NCBI GenBank assembly: GCA_965364305.1
Contig: CBDTWX010000002.1
Location: 1 to 42,080, forward strand
Direction: 5' to 3'
DNA: 42,080 nt
From: an uncultured Thermoanaerobaculia bacterium
GTDB lineage: Bacteria; Acidobacteriota; Thermoanaerobaculia; Thermoanaerobaculales; Sulfomarinibacteraceae
In this document: piece after piece, positions 1 to 9,149 of the stretch
How positions within the stretch are numbered: position 1 is the first letter of the stretch
Layout of the letters: each line of letters starts with the position of its first letter
Program-made: the position numbers and the translations under genes
The notes under the pieces: model-generated
The model's input: only the letters and a program-made list of their open reading frames with translations
Told to the model about the DNA's origin: nothing
The model's database searches: none

Positions 1-65
1 CCGCCTTGCGGCTCTTCGACGAGGTCCGCGCGATGACCTGGCGCCTGCTCCACCCAAATTCGTAA
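1..65 (+). CDS. four-helix-bundle protein (23S rRNA intervening-sequence protein / Avd-like family), C-terminal fragment cut by the window edge
   Basis: The frame starting at nt 3 reads ALRLFDEVRAMTWRLLHPNS, then TAA at 63-65. It hand-aligns at high identity to the reverse complement of 18861-18925, whose ORF carries the family-typical NLAEGHGR plus helical C-terminus. Confidence 0.55.
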   Translation, partial: ALRLFDEVRAMTWRLLHPNS

Positions 66-114
66 CGGGGTTTTGCGAACGGCAATGGTTCGGCTTTTGC
101 CGACGGCGGATGCG

Positions 115-357
115 CCTGCCGTTGTTTTCTGTCGCTGCCGCTGCCTCTGTTCACTGTCGCTGTCTCGGACCCCGTCACGAGAAACGCCCGGCCTTCCCGC
201 CGAAAACGGGTCGACCCACCTGTACGCATGGACATTCAAATCCTGGGGAGGGTAGGCGGGAACTCAAAACTGAAAACTCAACCCTGGTTTGGGGAGGTTG
301 GGTGGAAATTCCGATTTCCGAATTCCTCATTCCGAATTCGGGTGGGTGGGGGAGGGG
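115..357 (+). repeat. composite intergenic repeat: CTG-phased module, GGGGAGGGTAGGCGGG core with AAAACT-period module, TTCCGAAT-period module, and GGGTGGGTGGGGGAGGGG
   Basis: The CTG-phased run at about 115-168 ends in CGCTGTCTCGG. The core lies at 245-260. AACTCAAAACTGAAAACTCAAC lies at 261-282. AATTCCTCATTCCGAATTC (321-339) is identical to the reverse complement of 33176-33194. A canonical four-tract G-run lies at 340-357. Confidence 0.8.
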
Positions 358-364
358 ACACACT

Positions 365-394
365 TTGACTCACTTTGTCGCCCTCTGCTAGAGT
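365..394 (+). promoter_or_regulatory. sigma70-type promoter candidate for accA: TTGACT, 18-nt spacer, extended -10 TGcTAGAGT
   Basis: TTGACT lies at 365-370, TG at 386-387 and TAGAGT at 389-394. The accA ATG at 401 is 7 nt past the -10 hexamer, and there is no Shine-Dalgarno in between. Confidence 0.4.
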
Positions 395-400
395 CCCTCA

Positions 401-1357
401 ATGGCTTCACCGATTCCACCGTTCCTAGAACCTATCGAAGATATACGCGCTCGCATCATCGAGCTCGAATCCGCCGGAACCTCTGGCACCGGTACCGAAG
501 AGGATCTGAGCAACGCACGACGCGAGCTCGAAGCGGCGATCAACCAGGTGTTTTCTTCGCTCACCCCGTGGCAGCGATGCCTGGTCGCCAGGCACCCGGA
601 ACGGCCATACACAATGGCCTACATTCATAGCATTTTCACCGATTTCACTGAACTGCACGGTGACCGGCGTTTCGCCGACGATCCGGCCATCGTCGCCGGC
701 TTGGCAAAATTCGATGGAGACCCGGTTGTGGTCGTCGGGCATCAGAAGGGCAGGGACACGGCCGAAAAGCTCAGACGAAACTTCGGCATGCCCCGCCCGG
801 AAGGATATCGCAAGGCGATCCGGGTGATGGAGATTGGTGCGCGGTTCCGACACCCGATCATATCGCTCGTCGATACGCCAGGAGCTTATCCGGGAATCGA
901 CGCCGAACAGAGAGGCCAGGCGGAGGCGATCGCCCACAACCTGAGAGAGATGGCCTCGTTTCAGGTGCCGATTATCGTCGTTGTGACCGGCGAAGGAGGA
1001 TCCGGAGGCGCTCTTGCCCTTGGCATTGGAGATCGGGTCTTGATGCTCGAGCACTCCATCTACTCGGTAATTTCCCCGGAAGGATGCGCTGCTATTCTCT
1101 GGAAAGACCAAGCACGTGCGGAGGATGCTGCACGTGCGCTCCGGCTGACCGCTCCGGATCTCAAGAAACTGGGAATCATCGACGAGATTCTGCCCGAACC
1201 ACCCGGCGGTGCCCATATGGATCCAAGCGCCATGGCGGACACGATCGCCGTCGCGATCCGACGCCAGCTCAAGGCGCTTCGAAAGCTCAAACCCGATGCG
1301 TTGGTGACCCGGCGCTTCAAGAAGTTTCGGGCGATGGGCGTTTTTAACGACCGCTGA
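401..1357 (+). CDS. accA: acetyl-CoA carboxylase carboxyltransferase alpha subunit
   Basis: The 318-aa ORF has the typical AccA N-terminal helix (LEPIEDIRARIIELE) and core (RPYTMAYIHSIF, GHQKGRDTAEKLRRNFGMPRPEGYRKA, DTPGAYPGIDAEQRGQAEAIA, GEGGSGGALA). Confidence 0.95.
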   Translation: MASPIPPFLEPIEDIRARIIELESAGTSGTGTEEDLSNARRELEAAINQVFSSLTPWQRCLVARHPERPYTMAYIHSIFTDFTELHGDRRFADDPAIVAGLAKFDGDPVVVVGHQKGRDTAEKLRRNFGMPRPEGYRKAIRVMEIGARFRHPIISLVDTPGAYPGIDAEQRGQAEAIAHNLREMASFQVPIIVVVTGEGGSGGALALGIGDRVLMLEHSIYSVISPEGCAAILWKDQARAEDAARALRLTAPDLKKLGIIDEILPEPPGGAHMDPSAMADTIAVAIRRQLKALRKLKPDALVTRRFKKFRAMGVFNDR

Positions 1358-1440
1358 TTGAAAAAAACGATGAGCGATCGACAGGTCCGCGGTGCGAACG
1401 TTTCCTCGCGCGATCCCCGAGCGAGTTCTGGGAGCCGCAC

Positions 1441-3390
1441 GTGAGCGTCGCTTCGCGTGCCTGGCTGCGGCGGCTGACGTCGAGCGCCATCATGATATTC
1501 CTCATCGTCATGGCGGTCCTCGTCGCTCAGCGATTCAAGAAACTCAGGACACCTGTGGCTGCTGTCGACACGGATTCGGTGGTGGGTGAATCCGGTGACC
1601 GGGCGATCGGCGTTTATACCGGTTTCGAGTTCGTGGAGCGGGTAGCCGGCGAGCTTATCTTCGAGCTCCTATCGAAGAAGACATTGGGACTTTCCTCTGG
1701 GTGGCACGAGATCGAGGGCGTGAAGCTGCAGTTTTATCGGGATGGTAGCCCGGGTCCCACCCTGATCTGTGACGGAGCCAGATTCAACATCCAGACCAGA
1801 GACGCCCGTCTCGAGGGAGGGATTCGACTCACCACACCGAGTGGGGCGATGCTGACGACCGACGCGGGCGATTTCGAGGCGAGCTCACGGCGATTTACCG
1901 CCAACTCTCCCGTAAACTTCGTCTCCGGCGCAACCTTCGGTCGCGCTCAGACCGCCAGCTACGATCTCGAGCGCGATGAGATCGTTCTCAGCGGGCGGGT
2001 CTTTCTGAGTTCCGAGAATGGCGCCACCTTGACCGCGCCAGAGGCGGTCTACAAACGCTCCGAGCAAGAAATCGTGTTTTCTGCTGGTGGAACCGTTCGT
2101 TTTCAGCAATCGTATGTCGTGGCCCCACGAATGACGATCGGTTTGGAGAAGGACGACGGCCCTCCTCGCAGGATCGCGCTCGAGGGTGGAGTCACCGCCC
2201 ACGCCGAAAATGTACAAGGGGGCGGCTCGGTCGATGCATGGATGGAGTCGGCGGTGGCTGAGCACGACGGCACGGGAAAGTGGCAAATAGATGCCACGAC
2301 GACCGGTCCCTGGATATCGTTCCTATTTGTCAATGGCGACGGGTTCTTCGAGCGCTCGCTGCGCACCTGGGTCCTCCGTGCGGTCCTGTCCGAGGACGGT
2401 TTGATCAATCTCCGTACGGAGCGATCAACCTGCTTTAGCGAGGTGCCCACCGAGGGCTCACCGAGGTCGGGTGAGGCGAGAGAGGCGCGGGTCTGGTTTA
2501 CCGATGGCCAGGCCACCGATGTTGAGCTTTTGAAAGATGTGAACCTCCGCGGAGACGGGGTGGAGGCACGAGGCTTCCGCGCTCGGCTCTCGCCAGCGGC
2601 CGGTCTGACAATCCTCCACGGTGATCCGACCGGACCCGAACGTGTGTTGTTGATATCTGATCGGGGACGGGTGAGCAGCGATCAGGCACAGCTCTTCAAT
2701 CGGGAAGGAAGGGCGGAGGCTCGAGGCAATGTGCAGGGAGTGATCCAGGGTGTCGCATTGATGGGCGGAGAAAACGGCGATGGCGGCGAAACGGCTCATT
2801 TTGCAGCAGAGATCCTCGACGTTACCGAAGGCGGAAAGCAATACCACCTTCGCGAGAACGCGAGATTGTGGCAGCGTCATCGGCTCCTCCTTGCCGACGA
2901 CGTAGTCTACCGTCACGATACGACCACAGTTCGAGCCGCAGGACACGTTCGAACGACCCTACCGGCATCGCAGATGGATTCCGAGGCCGATCCCAGACAG
3001 GACGTTGTGGTGGTCGCCCGCTCCCTCGACTACGATCGTGACACCGGCACGGCCATCTATCGAGGAAACGTCCGTTACAGCGACCCCGAACACACTCTGG
3101 CGGCGGCCGAGCTGAGCGTCTTCTTCGACGAAAACGACGAGGTCACTGCCGTCGAGGCTGTCGGCGCAGTGGAACTCGTGGAACTGCAGACCGGCCGAAG
3201 GATGACGGGGCAGAAGGCTCGGCGCGAAGTCAACACCCAGATCGTGACCATTTTCGGCAGCCCCGTGAGGCTCGCAGATCCCGCGGGAAACGTCGTGTCA
3301 GGATCCGCGTTGACCTGGAATCAGGCCGATGGTACGGTCTCGGTCGCCGGAGACACGGAGACGATTTACTTTCCGGAGGAACCGCCCTGA
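1441..3390 (+). CDS. membrane-anchored LptC/LptA (OstA)-like LPS-transport protein, unusually long (649 aa)
   Basis: GTG start and an N-terminal TM helix ([13 protein letters not shown]). This is followed by several repeats of the OstA-like pattern, for example [40 protein letters not shown] and [16 protein letters not shown]. It sits immediately upstream of lptB-rpoN, where lptC and lptA normally lie. Confidence 0.55.
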   Translation: MSVASRAWLRRLTSSAIMIFLIVMAVLVAQRFKKLRTPVAAVDTDSVVGESGDRAIGVYTGFEFVERVAGELIFELLSKKTLGLSSGWHEIEGVKLQFYRDGSPGPTLICDGARFNIQTRDARLEGGIRLTTPSGAMLTTDAGDFEASSRRFTANSPVNFVSGATFGRAQTASYDLERDEIVLSGRVFLSSENGATLTAPEAVYKRSEQEIVFSAGGTVRFQQSYVVAPRMTIGLEKDDGPPRRIALEGGVTAHAENVQGGGSVDAWMESAVAEHDGTGKWQIDATTTGPWISFLFVNGDGFFERSLRTWVLRAVLSEDGLINLRTERSTCFSEVPTEGSPRSGEAREARVWFTDGQATDVELLKDVNLRGDGVEARGFRARLSPAAGLTILHGDPTGPERVLLISDRGRVSSDQAQLFNREGRAEARGNVQGVIQGVALMGGENGDGGETAHFAAEILDVTEGGKQYHLRENARLWQRHRLLLADDVVYRHDTTTVRAAGHVRTTLPASQMDSEADPRQDVVVVARSLDYDRDTGTAIYRGNVRYSDPEHTLAAAELSVFFDENDEVTAVEAVGAVELVELQTGRRMTGQKARREVNTQIVTIFGSPVRLADPAGNVVSGSALTWNQADGTVSVAGDTETIYFPEEPP

Positions 3391-4121
3391 GCCCCAAAGC
3401 ACTTGACCTCGTAGCGCACGGTCTGCGCAAGGCCTATCGAGGCCGGTGGGTCGTTGACGGGATCACCCTCGGGATCTCGCCGGGTGAGATCGTTGGACTG
3501 CTGGGACCGAATGGGGCCGGCAAGACCACGACCTTTTACATGATGGTGGGTTTGGTTCAACCAAACGAGGGAAAGGTGGTCCTGGGCGATCGGGAGATCA
3601 CCGCGGAATCCATGTACCGCCGTGCGAGGATGGGAGTTTCCTATCTCGCCCAGGAACCGAGTTCTTTCAAACACCTTTCGACCGAGGACAACATCTGGCT
3701 CATACTCGAGGCGCTCGGCATCGATGCGCGTGAAGCCCATGACCGGATCGACCGACTCCTTGACGACTTCGGGCTTTCGGATCTCAGGGGCCAGAGGGCC
3801 GAGACCCTCTCCGGGGGCGAGCGAAGACGGCTGGAGGTTGCGCGGGCGCTAGCGACCGAGCCAACGTTCATTCTCCTCGACGAACCCTTCGCCGGCATCG
3901 ATCCGCTCGCCGTGCTCGATCTCCAACGGATCATCAAGAGACTCAAGTCGTTGGGAATAGGAGTTTTAATAACTGACCACAACGTCCGTGAGACGTTGAA
4001 GATCACCGATCGCGCCTATATAATCAAGGACGGCAAGATTTTTGCAACAGGTGACCCCGTCGAATTGTCGGAAAACCGTGACGTCCGCAGAATCTACCTC
4101 GGCGAAAGCTTCCAGCTTTGA
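3387..4121 (+). CDS. lptB: LPS export ABC transporter ATP-binding protein
   Basis: Walker A ([13 protein letters not shown]) is encoded at about 3504-3542, upstream of the first ATG at 3540. ABC signature [15 protein letters not shown] and Walker [14 protein letters not shown] are present. By hand reading there is no ATG, GTG or TTG in frame between 3390 and 3540. CTG at 3387 sits 6 nt after GGAGGA (3375-3380) and overlaps the upstream TGA. The start assignment is tentative. Confidence 0.85.
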   Translation: MSPKALDLVAHGLRKAYRGRWVVDGITLGISPGEIVGLLGPNGAGKTTTFYMMVGLVQPNEGKVVLGDREITAESMYRRARMGVSYLAQEPSSFKHLSTEDNIWLILEALGIDAREAHDRIDRLLDDFGLSDLRGQRAETLSGGERRRLEVARALATEPTFILLDEPFAGIDPLAVLDLQRIIKRLKSLGIGVLITDHNVRETLKITDRAYIIKDGKIFATGDPVELSENRDVRRIYLGESFQL

Positions 4122-4206
4122 TCGGGCTGGCGGCCGGTTCGATGGAGATAACCGGTGGTCGCGAGATCTCGAACGGCCGTCACTGTTAGTGAGGTTGCGC
4201 TGAGAT

Positions 4207-5745
4207 ATGGCCCTCGAACAAAAGCTCAGACTGAAGTTGGCGCAGCGACTGGTGATGACGCCGTCGTTGCAGCAGGCCATCAAGCTGCTCCAGCTTTCAC
4301 GGCTTGAGTTAGAGGAGACCCTGGCCCAGGAGATCCTCGAAAATCCGGTTCTTGATGTCGAGGAGACGGTTGACGAGCCAATCGACGAAACTTCGCCTCC
4401 CGAGGGCGAATCGGAAGAGGATGCTAGCCGCCGCGAAGCAATCGAGGCCGGGTCGGGTGCGGAGGATTCTGCGGTAACGGCTCCATCCGACGAAGAACCC
4501 TTGCCTTCACAGGAAGAGACGTACGCGGACATCGATGTCGAGGCTTTCTTCGCCGATTATCTCGGTGAGGGGCGATCCGAAGGACCTTCGATGGCGGCAC
4601 CTGCTAGCGACTCGGACCGTCGCCTCGAGAACATGGTTTCGGCGCCCGCAGGGTTGTACGACCACCTCCTGTGGCAGGTTCGTTTCCTTGACTGCTCCGC
4701 CGAAATCGTCGAAGTCTGCGAATTCATCATCGGCAATCTCGATGAGGATGGTTTTCTTCGCGCGAGCCTCGAGGAGATCATGGGTGGGACAGGTTGTGAC
4801 GAGGCAATCGCCACCGAAGCAGTGGCGATTGTACAGTCCCTCGATCCCCCGGGTATCGCCGCTTACGACCTCCAGGAATGCCTGGCAACCCAGATCGAGC
4901 ACCTGATGATGGACGAAGCCTCGAATGGCGACAACAAGATTCTGGGCAAGGCGCATCTGCTGGTCACCGATCATTGGGATGAGCTGTTGCATCAACGGTG
5001 GGAGACGCTGGCCGAGAGCCTTGGATGCGCGGAGGTCTCCGAAATCAGACCGTTCTTGGACGTCATCCAGGCGCTCGAGGTCAAACCCGGCAGGATGTTT
5101 CAACGGGACGACAACCAGTACATCGAGCCCGATGTCCACGTTCGCAAGATCGAGGGGGAGTATGTCATCTCTCTCAACGACGATGGCCTTCCACGTTTGC
5201 GGATCAACACCCGCTATGCCCGTATGCTGGAAGGGAAGACCCTCGACGCGCAGGCGAACCAGTACCTCCGTGACAAGATGAGGTCGGCGTTGTGGCTCAT
5301 GAAGAGCATCGACCAACGCCAGCGCACGATCTACAAGGTCGCGCAGAGCATCGTGAGCTTTCAAAAGGCTTTTCTCGACAACGGCATTGAACATCTGAGA
5401 CCGATGGTGCTGCGTCAGGTCGCAGAAGATATCGGTATGCACGAATCGACCATCTCTCGGGTGGTTAGCAACAAGTACATGTACACACCGCGCGGGCTCT
5501 TCCCCATGAAGTACTTCTTCCACTCCGGGGTGGATTCGGCACGCGGCGAAAACATATCCTCGATGGTCGTCAAGGAAAGGATTCGCAGGCTCGTCGAAGC
5601 CGAGGATCCGGAACGACCGTTGTCCGACTCGAAGATCATGCGCATGTTGCAAAAAGAGGGAATCCGACTGGCACGGCGAACGGTTGCCAAATACCGTGAA
5701 GAGATGATGATTCCATCATCGGACAAGCGCAAAAAAGTCTTCTAG
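4207..5745 (+). CDS. rpoN: RNA polymerase sigma-54 factor
   Basis: Region I is classic (MALEQKLRLKLAQRLVMTPSLQQAIKLLQLSRLELEE), followed by an acidic linker. The C-terminal HTH and RpoN box are present (RPMVLRQVAEDIGMHESTISRVVSNKYMYTPRG, ARRTVAKYRE). Confidence 0.95.
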   Translation: MALEQKLRLKLAQRLVMTPSLQQAIKLLQLSRLELEETLAQEILENPVLDVEETVDEPIDETSPPEGESEEDASRREAIEAGSGAEDSAVTAPSDEEPLPSQEETYADIDVEAFFADYLGEGRSEGPSMAAPASDSDRRLENMVSAPAGLYDHLLWQVRFLDCSAEIVEVCEFIIGNLDEDGFLRASLEEIMGGTGCDEAIATEAVAIVQSLDPPGIAAYDLQECLATQIEHLMMDEASNGDNKILGKAHLLVTDHWDELLHQRWETLAESLGCAEVSEIRPFLDVIQALEVKPGRMFQRDDNQYIEPDVHVRKIEGEYVISLNDDGLPRLRINTRYARMLEGKTLDAQANQYLRDKMRSALWLMKSIDQRQRTIYKVAQSIVSFQKAFLDNGIEHLRPMVLRQVAEDIGMHESTISRVVSNKYMYTPRGLFPMKYFFHSGVDSARGENISSMVVKERIRRLVEAEDPERPLSDSKIMRMLQKEGIRLARRTVAKYREEMMIPSSDKRKKVF

Positions 5746-5756
5746 AGGAGTACACC

Positions 5757-6305
5757 ATGAAAGTCGAGTACATCGCCCGTAAAGTGGACCTCAGCGACCA
5801 GTCGAAGCAGGTCGCAGAAAAGAAGTTGGCGAAGATCAAGAAGTACTTCAACGACATCATCGACATCAGGGTCGAAGTGGCGGCCGAGCGCCACCTGCAT
5901 GTCGTCGATCTTTTCGTCAAGGGGAAGGACTTCGACATCCAGGCGACTGCCCAGAACAAGGATGTCATGGCGGCGATCCAGGAGGCGGTCGACAAGCTCG
6001 AGATTCAGGCCCGGCGGGCCAAGACGCGGCTCAAGGACCACAAAAAACGCGCCGGATCGGAGGCCAAAACCGAACATGGGTGGGCGGTTGACGTGTTGGA
6101 GCGAACATCGATTTCTTCGGGCGAACCGCGAATCGTTGAGCGGAGCCGCATCCCCATCAAACCGATGTCCATCGAAGAGGCTGTCCTCCAGCTCGACGAT
6201 TCAACCTACGATTTCCTCGTCTTTCGAAACGCTTCCAACGATCGTGTGAACGTCATCTATCGGCGTGAAGACAAAAACCTGGGATTGATCACACCTGAGC
6301 TCTGA
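5757..6305 (+). CDS. hpf: ribosome hibernation promoting factor, long form
   Basis: 182 aa with GAGGAG upstream of the ATG. The N-terminal sigma54-modulation/RaiA-like domain is followed by a C-terminal dimerisation-type domain (KPMSIEEAVLQLDDSTYDFLVFRNASNDRVNVIYRREDKNLGLI). It holds the conserved position after rpoN. Confidence 0.9.
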   Translation: MKVEYIARKVDLSDQSKQVAEKKLAKIKKYFNDIIDIRVEVAAERHLHVVDLFVKGKDFDIQATAQNKDVMAAIQEAVDKLEIQARRAKTRLKDHKKRAGSEAKTEHGWAVDVLERTSISSGEPRIVERSRIPIKPMSIEEAVLQLDDSTYDFLVFRNASNDRVNVIYRREDKNLGLITPEL

Positions 6306-6769
6306 TGAAGATCCACAAGCTCATCGAGCCCGACAACGTGTACCTTGATCTGACCGCTACCGGCTTGGAGTCCGCCCTGATTGCGGTGGCCGAAGTATTC
6401 GCCCCAACCCTTGGTTTGGCATCCTCGGGGGTGGTGGAGTCACTCCTCGAACGCGAGAGCCTCGGTTCAACATCTGTAGGTGACGGATTCGCCATTCCCC
6501 ACTGCAAAACCCAAGGTCTCGCACAGATCGCCATTGCTCTCGCTCGGTTTGCCAACGAGGTGCCGTTTGGTGGTAACGATCATGACCCGGTGCGGTTCGT
6601 TTTCATGGTGCTCTCACCACCCGATCAACCGGCGGCCCACCTGCAGGTGCTGTCACAGATCGCACGCGTGTTGAAACTTCGCGATCTCCGCAAAGAGCTG
6701 CTGTCGGCATCGGATGCAGAAGAAGTCGTGCAGGCGATTTGTCGTGCCGCCGAGGCGGAGGGGTTGTGA
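6305..6769 (+). CDS. ptsN: PTS EIIA-Ntr type regulatory protein
   Basis: 154 aa with the phosphorylatable-His motif GDGFAIPHCK. It overlaps the hpf stop by 1 nt and follows rpoN-hpf in the conserved order. Confidence 0.85.
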   Translation: MKIHKLIEPDNVYLDLTATGLESALIAVAEVFAPTLGLASSGVVESLLERESLGSTSVGDGFAIPHCKTQGLAQIAIALARFANEVPFGGNDHDPVRFVFMVLSPPDQPAAHLQVLSQIARVLKLRDLRKELLSASDAEEVVQAICRAAEAEGL

Positions 6770-7758
6770 CCGCACCGGAGGCAATATCGATCGAGCGACT
6801 GCTCAGCGAACAGCGGCTGTCCGATCTCGATCTGAGAGTTGTTGCCGGTTCCGGTAGTCTGGCTGAGCGCAAGATCTTGAACCCGCGAATTCAAAAACCC
6901 GGCCTTGCCCTCGCAGGATACCTGCCGTACGTCAAACCCGGTCGGTTGCAGATTCTGGGCGAGTCGGAGTATGAGTTCCTGGCAACCTTCTCTGTCAAGG
7001 AGGCCGAGGCTCGGCTTGCCGCCTTGATGGATCTCGAGATTCCGTGTGTGGTCTCCACGAAGGGTGCCGTGCCGCCGAGCGAGATCTGCGTGGCCGCTGA
7101 TGAGCGAGGCATTCCGCTGCTCGTAACCGAGACCAAGACCTCGGAGGCCATCGAATCGATTTCGAGCTATCTCGAGGACGAACTGGCGCCGCGAATTCAA
7201 CGTCACGGTGTCCTGATCGACGTGTTTTCACTCGGCACGCTGATTGTCGGCGATCCGGGGATCGGCAAATCCGAGTGCGCGTTGGAACTCGTGTACCGCG
7301 GCCATCGGTTAGTGGCCGACGACACCGTGGTCATTCGGCGCACCCATCATCGGGGACTTCTCGGAAGCCCCCATGAGTTGTTGGAGAACTACCTCGAGCT
7401 ACGCGGGGTCGGCATTATCGATGTTCGGAAGCATTTTGGAATGACTGCGACCTCGCCCTCGGTGACGGTTTCACTCGTGATTCAGCTGACCAAGCTCACG
7501 CCTCAGGCGCGGCAGATGGAGCAACAGTGGCGTGAGCAGATGATGGAACGACCCAGCGCTTGGACTTCCACCGAAGACATTCTCGGTATCGAAGTGCCGA
7601 AATACACCATGGTGGTGGCCCCAGGGCGCGACCTCTCGATCATGGTCGAAACGGCGGTCCGGAAATGCCTTCTGGCGCAGCGTGGAATCGAGGATGAACG
7701 CGGTTTCCTCGAAAGCGTCAATCTGCTGGCCAAGGGAGGGCCTGATGATCCGAAGTGA
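6766..7758 (+). CDS. hprK: HPr kinase/phosphorylase
   Basis: P-loop GDPGIGKSECALELVYRGHRLVADD and signature LELRGVGIIDVRKHFG. The likely start is GTG at 6766, overlapping the ptsN stop as GTGA. The track's TTG at 6739 is an alternative start. Confidence 0.9.
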   Translation: MTAPEAISIERLLSEQRLSDLDLRVVAGSGSLAERKILNPRIQKPGLALAGYLPYVKPGRLQILGESEYEFLATFSVKEAEARLAALMDLEIPCVVSTKGAVPPSEICVAADERGIPLLVTETKTSEAIESISSYLEDELAPRIQRHGVLIDVFSLGTLIVGDPGIGKSECALELVYRGHRLVADDTVVIRRTHHRGLLGSPHELLENYLELRGVGIIDVRKHFGMTATSPSVTVSLVIQLTKLTPQARQMEQQWREQMMERPSAWTSTEDILGIEVPKYTMVVAPGRDLSIMVETAVRKCLLAQRGIEDERGFLESVNLLAKGGPDDPK

Positions 7759-8623
7759 GAGTCGCTTCAACGGGCCATTTGTCATCACCGGTCTCTCAGG
7801 GGCGGGGAAGACGGTGCTCAGTCGGAGTCTCGAAGACATCGGATACTCGTGCGTCGACAACATACCGCTTGAGCTGGTGCCTCAGCTTTTTTCGCGAACC
7901 CAGGAAGATATGGACCGCCTCGCGGTTGTTCTCGACGTGCGCACGCGCGGCATGATTCAGCTGTTTCCCCAGGCCTTCCGGGACTTGATCGAGCAGTACA
8001 AAGGCCTACGCTTGATCTTCGTCCAGGCTTCACCGGAAATCCTGTTGCGCAGGTTCTCGGTGGCCCGCCGCCCACACCCGCTGCGCGACCTCGGTCTCGA
8101 ACAGGCGATCACCGAGGAGATGAGACTCCTGGAAGAGGTCCGCGGCCTTGCCGACGTGGTCGTCGATACTACCGGACTTTCGCCGCATGACCTGAGACGC
8201 CAGATGCTCTCTCTCGCGGGCGGGGCGCAGGATCGGCGGCCGCTCACGGTCGAGGTGCAGAGCTTCTCCTATCTGCAAGGCGTGCCGGCCACGGCGAGCC
8301 TGGTGTTTGATGTTCGGTTTCTTCCCAACCCTTTTTTTGAGGAGGGTTTGCGTTCGCTCGCCGGTGACGACGATGCGGTCGCTGAGTGGCTCGGCCAATA
8401 CTCCGATGTTGACGAAGCCTTCAAGCGGGTCCTCGACCTGATATCGTATCTCCTACCCTGCTACGCCGAGGAAATGAAAACCCACCTCGGCATTGCGATG
8501 GGGTGCACCGGTGGGCGACACCGCTCGGTCTATATGGCCGAACGTGTTGCCGAGGCCCTCAAGAAGGAGGGTCGCGACGTGGTCGTGCATCACCGGGACA
8601 AGGAGCGTTGGAGGTACTCATGA
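7745..8623 (+). CDS. rapZ: RNase adapter / nucleotide-binding protein RapZ (YhbJ/YvcJ family)
   Basis: The ATG at 7745 gives MIRSESRFNGPFVITGLSGAGKT (Walker A). Family motifs are present (VDNIPLELVPQL, FDVRFLPNPFF, GCTGGRHRSV). Confidence 0.9.
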   Translation: MIRSESRFNGPFVITGLSGAGKTVLSRSLEDIGYSCVDNIPLELVPQLFSRTQEDMDRLAVVLDVRTRGMIQLFPQAFRDLIEQYKGLRLIFVQASPEILLRRFSVARRPHPLRDLGLEQAITEEMRLLEEVRGLADVVVDTTGLSPHDLRRQMLSLAGGAQDRRPLTVEVQSFSYLQGVPATASLVFDVRFLPNPFFEEGLRSLAGDDDAVAEWLGQYSDVDEAFKRVLDLISYLLPCYAEEMKTHLGIAMGCTGGRHRSVYMAERVAEALKKEGRDVVVHHRDKERWRYS

Positions 8624-9036
8624 TTCCAGTTCTGGTACTGACCCACGGCGACCTCGCGACGGAGTTGCTGCAGGCCGCGCAGACCATCGACCCGAACCTC
8701 GTCGACAGGACGTCGGCAATGTCATTGCCCTGGGACGTAGACTCGGACGAAGCTTCCAAATCCCTCAAAAGGCAGTTGCGCGATCTCGATCGAGGAGACG
8801 GAGTCCTTGTGTTGACCGATATGTTTGGCGGGACCGCCACGAATCTTGCCCTGCCATTCCTCGAGGCGGAAAAGGTCGAGATCGTGACCGGAGTCAATCT
8901 TCCGATGCTCGTCAAGCTCGGCTCGCTCGAGGGATCACCAATGTCGCTGAACGAAATTGCAGCCGGGTTGACGGAGGCGGGGCAGAAGAGCATTCGTGTG
9001 GCGAGCGAGTTTCTCCACGCCAAGGCAAATACCTGA
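8620..9036 (+). CDS. PTS EIIA component, mannose/fructose (EIIA-Man) type
   Basis: ATGA overlap with the rapZ stop. The N-terminus MIPVLVLTHGDLATELL carries the active-site His, and VLVLTDMFGGTATN is typical of the EIIA-Man fold. Confidence 0.8.
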   Translation: MIPVLVLTHGDLATELLQAAQTIDPNLVDRTSAMSLPWDVDSDEASKSLKRQLRDLDRGDGVLVLTDMFGGTATNLALPFLEAEKVEIVTGVNLPMLVKLGSLEGSPMSLNEIAAGLTEAGQKSIRVASEFLHAKANT

Positions 9037-9149
9037 GACCGGACGTGGATACACCAAGCAGTGTAGACACAATACAATAGAGGGGTCGATCACTTTCGAT
9101 CAGCACGACCCAGCAGAGAATCAGCATTCGAAGACGAGGAGTGAGCGAG

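Noticed and set aside
73-391. ORFs 73..255, 110..391, 175..363(-), 19063..19302, 19134..19517(-) and 21547..21846 that cross the repeat elements.
   Set aside because: Their reading frames are produced by the short-period tandem modules and give Cys/Arg/Leu- or Ser/Leu-rich peptides. They are not conserved between repeat copies at the protein level.
4507-5652. Long antisense or overlapping ORFs: 4507..5652(-), 9191..10366(-), 25328..26470(+), 27416..28555(+), 31929..33176(+), 37689..38897(-), 425..1216(-), 12645..13505(-), 14320..15147(-) and others.
   Set aside because: Each lies opposite or out of frame with a gene that has unmistakable family motifs. Their translations are Arg/Pro/Gly-rich with no recognisable domains. 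This is the usual pattern of spurious open frames in GC-rich DNA.
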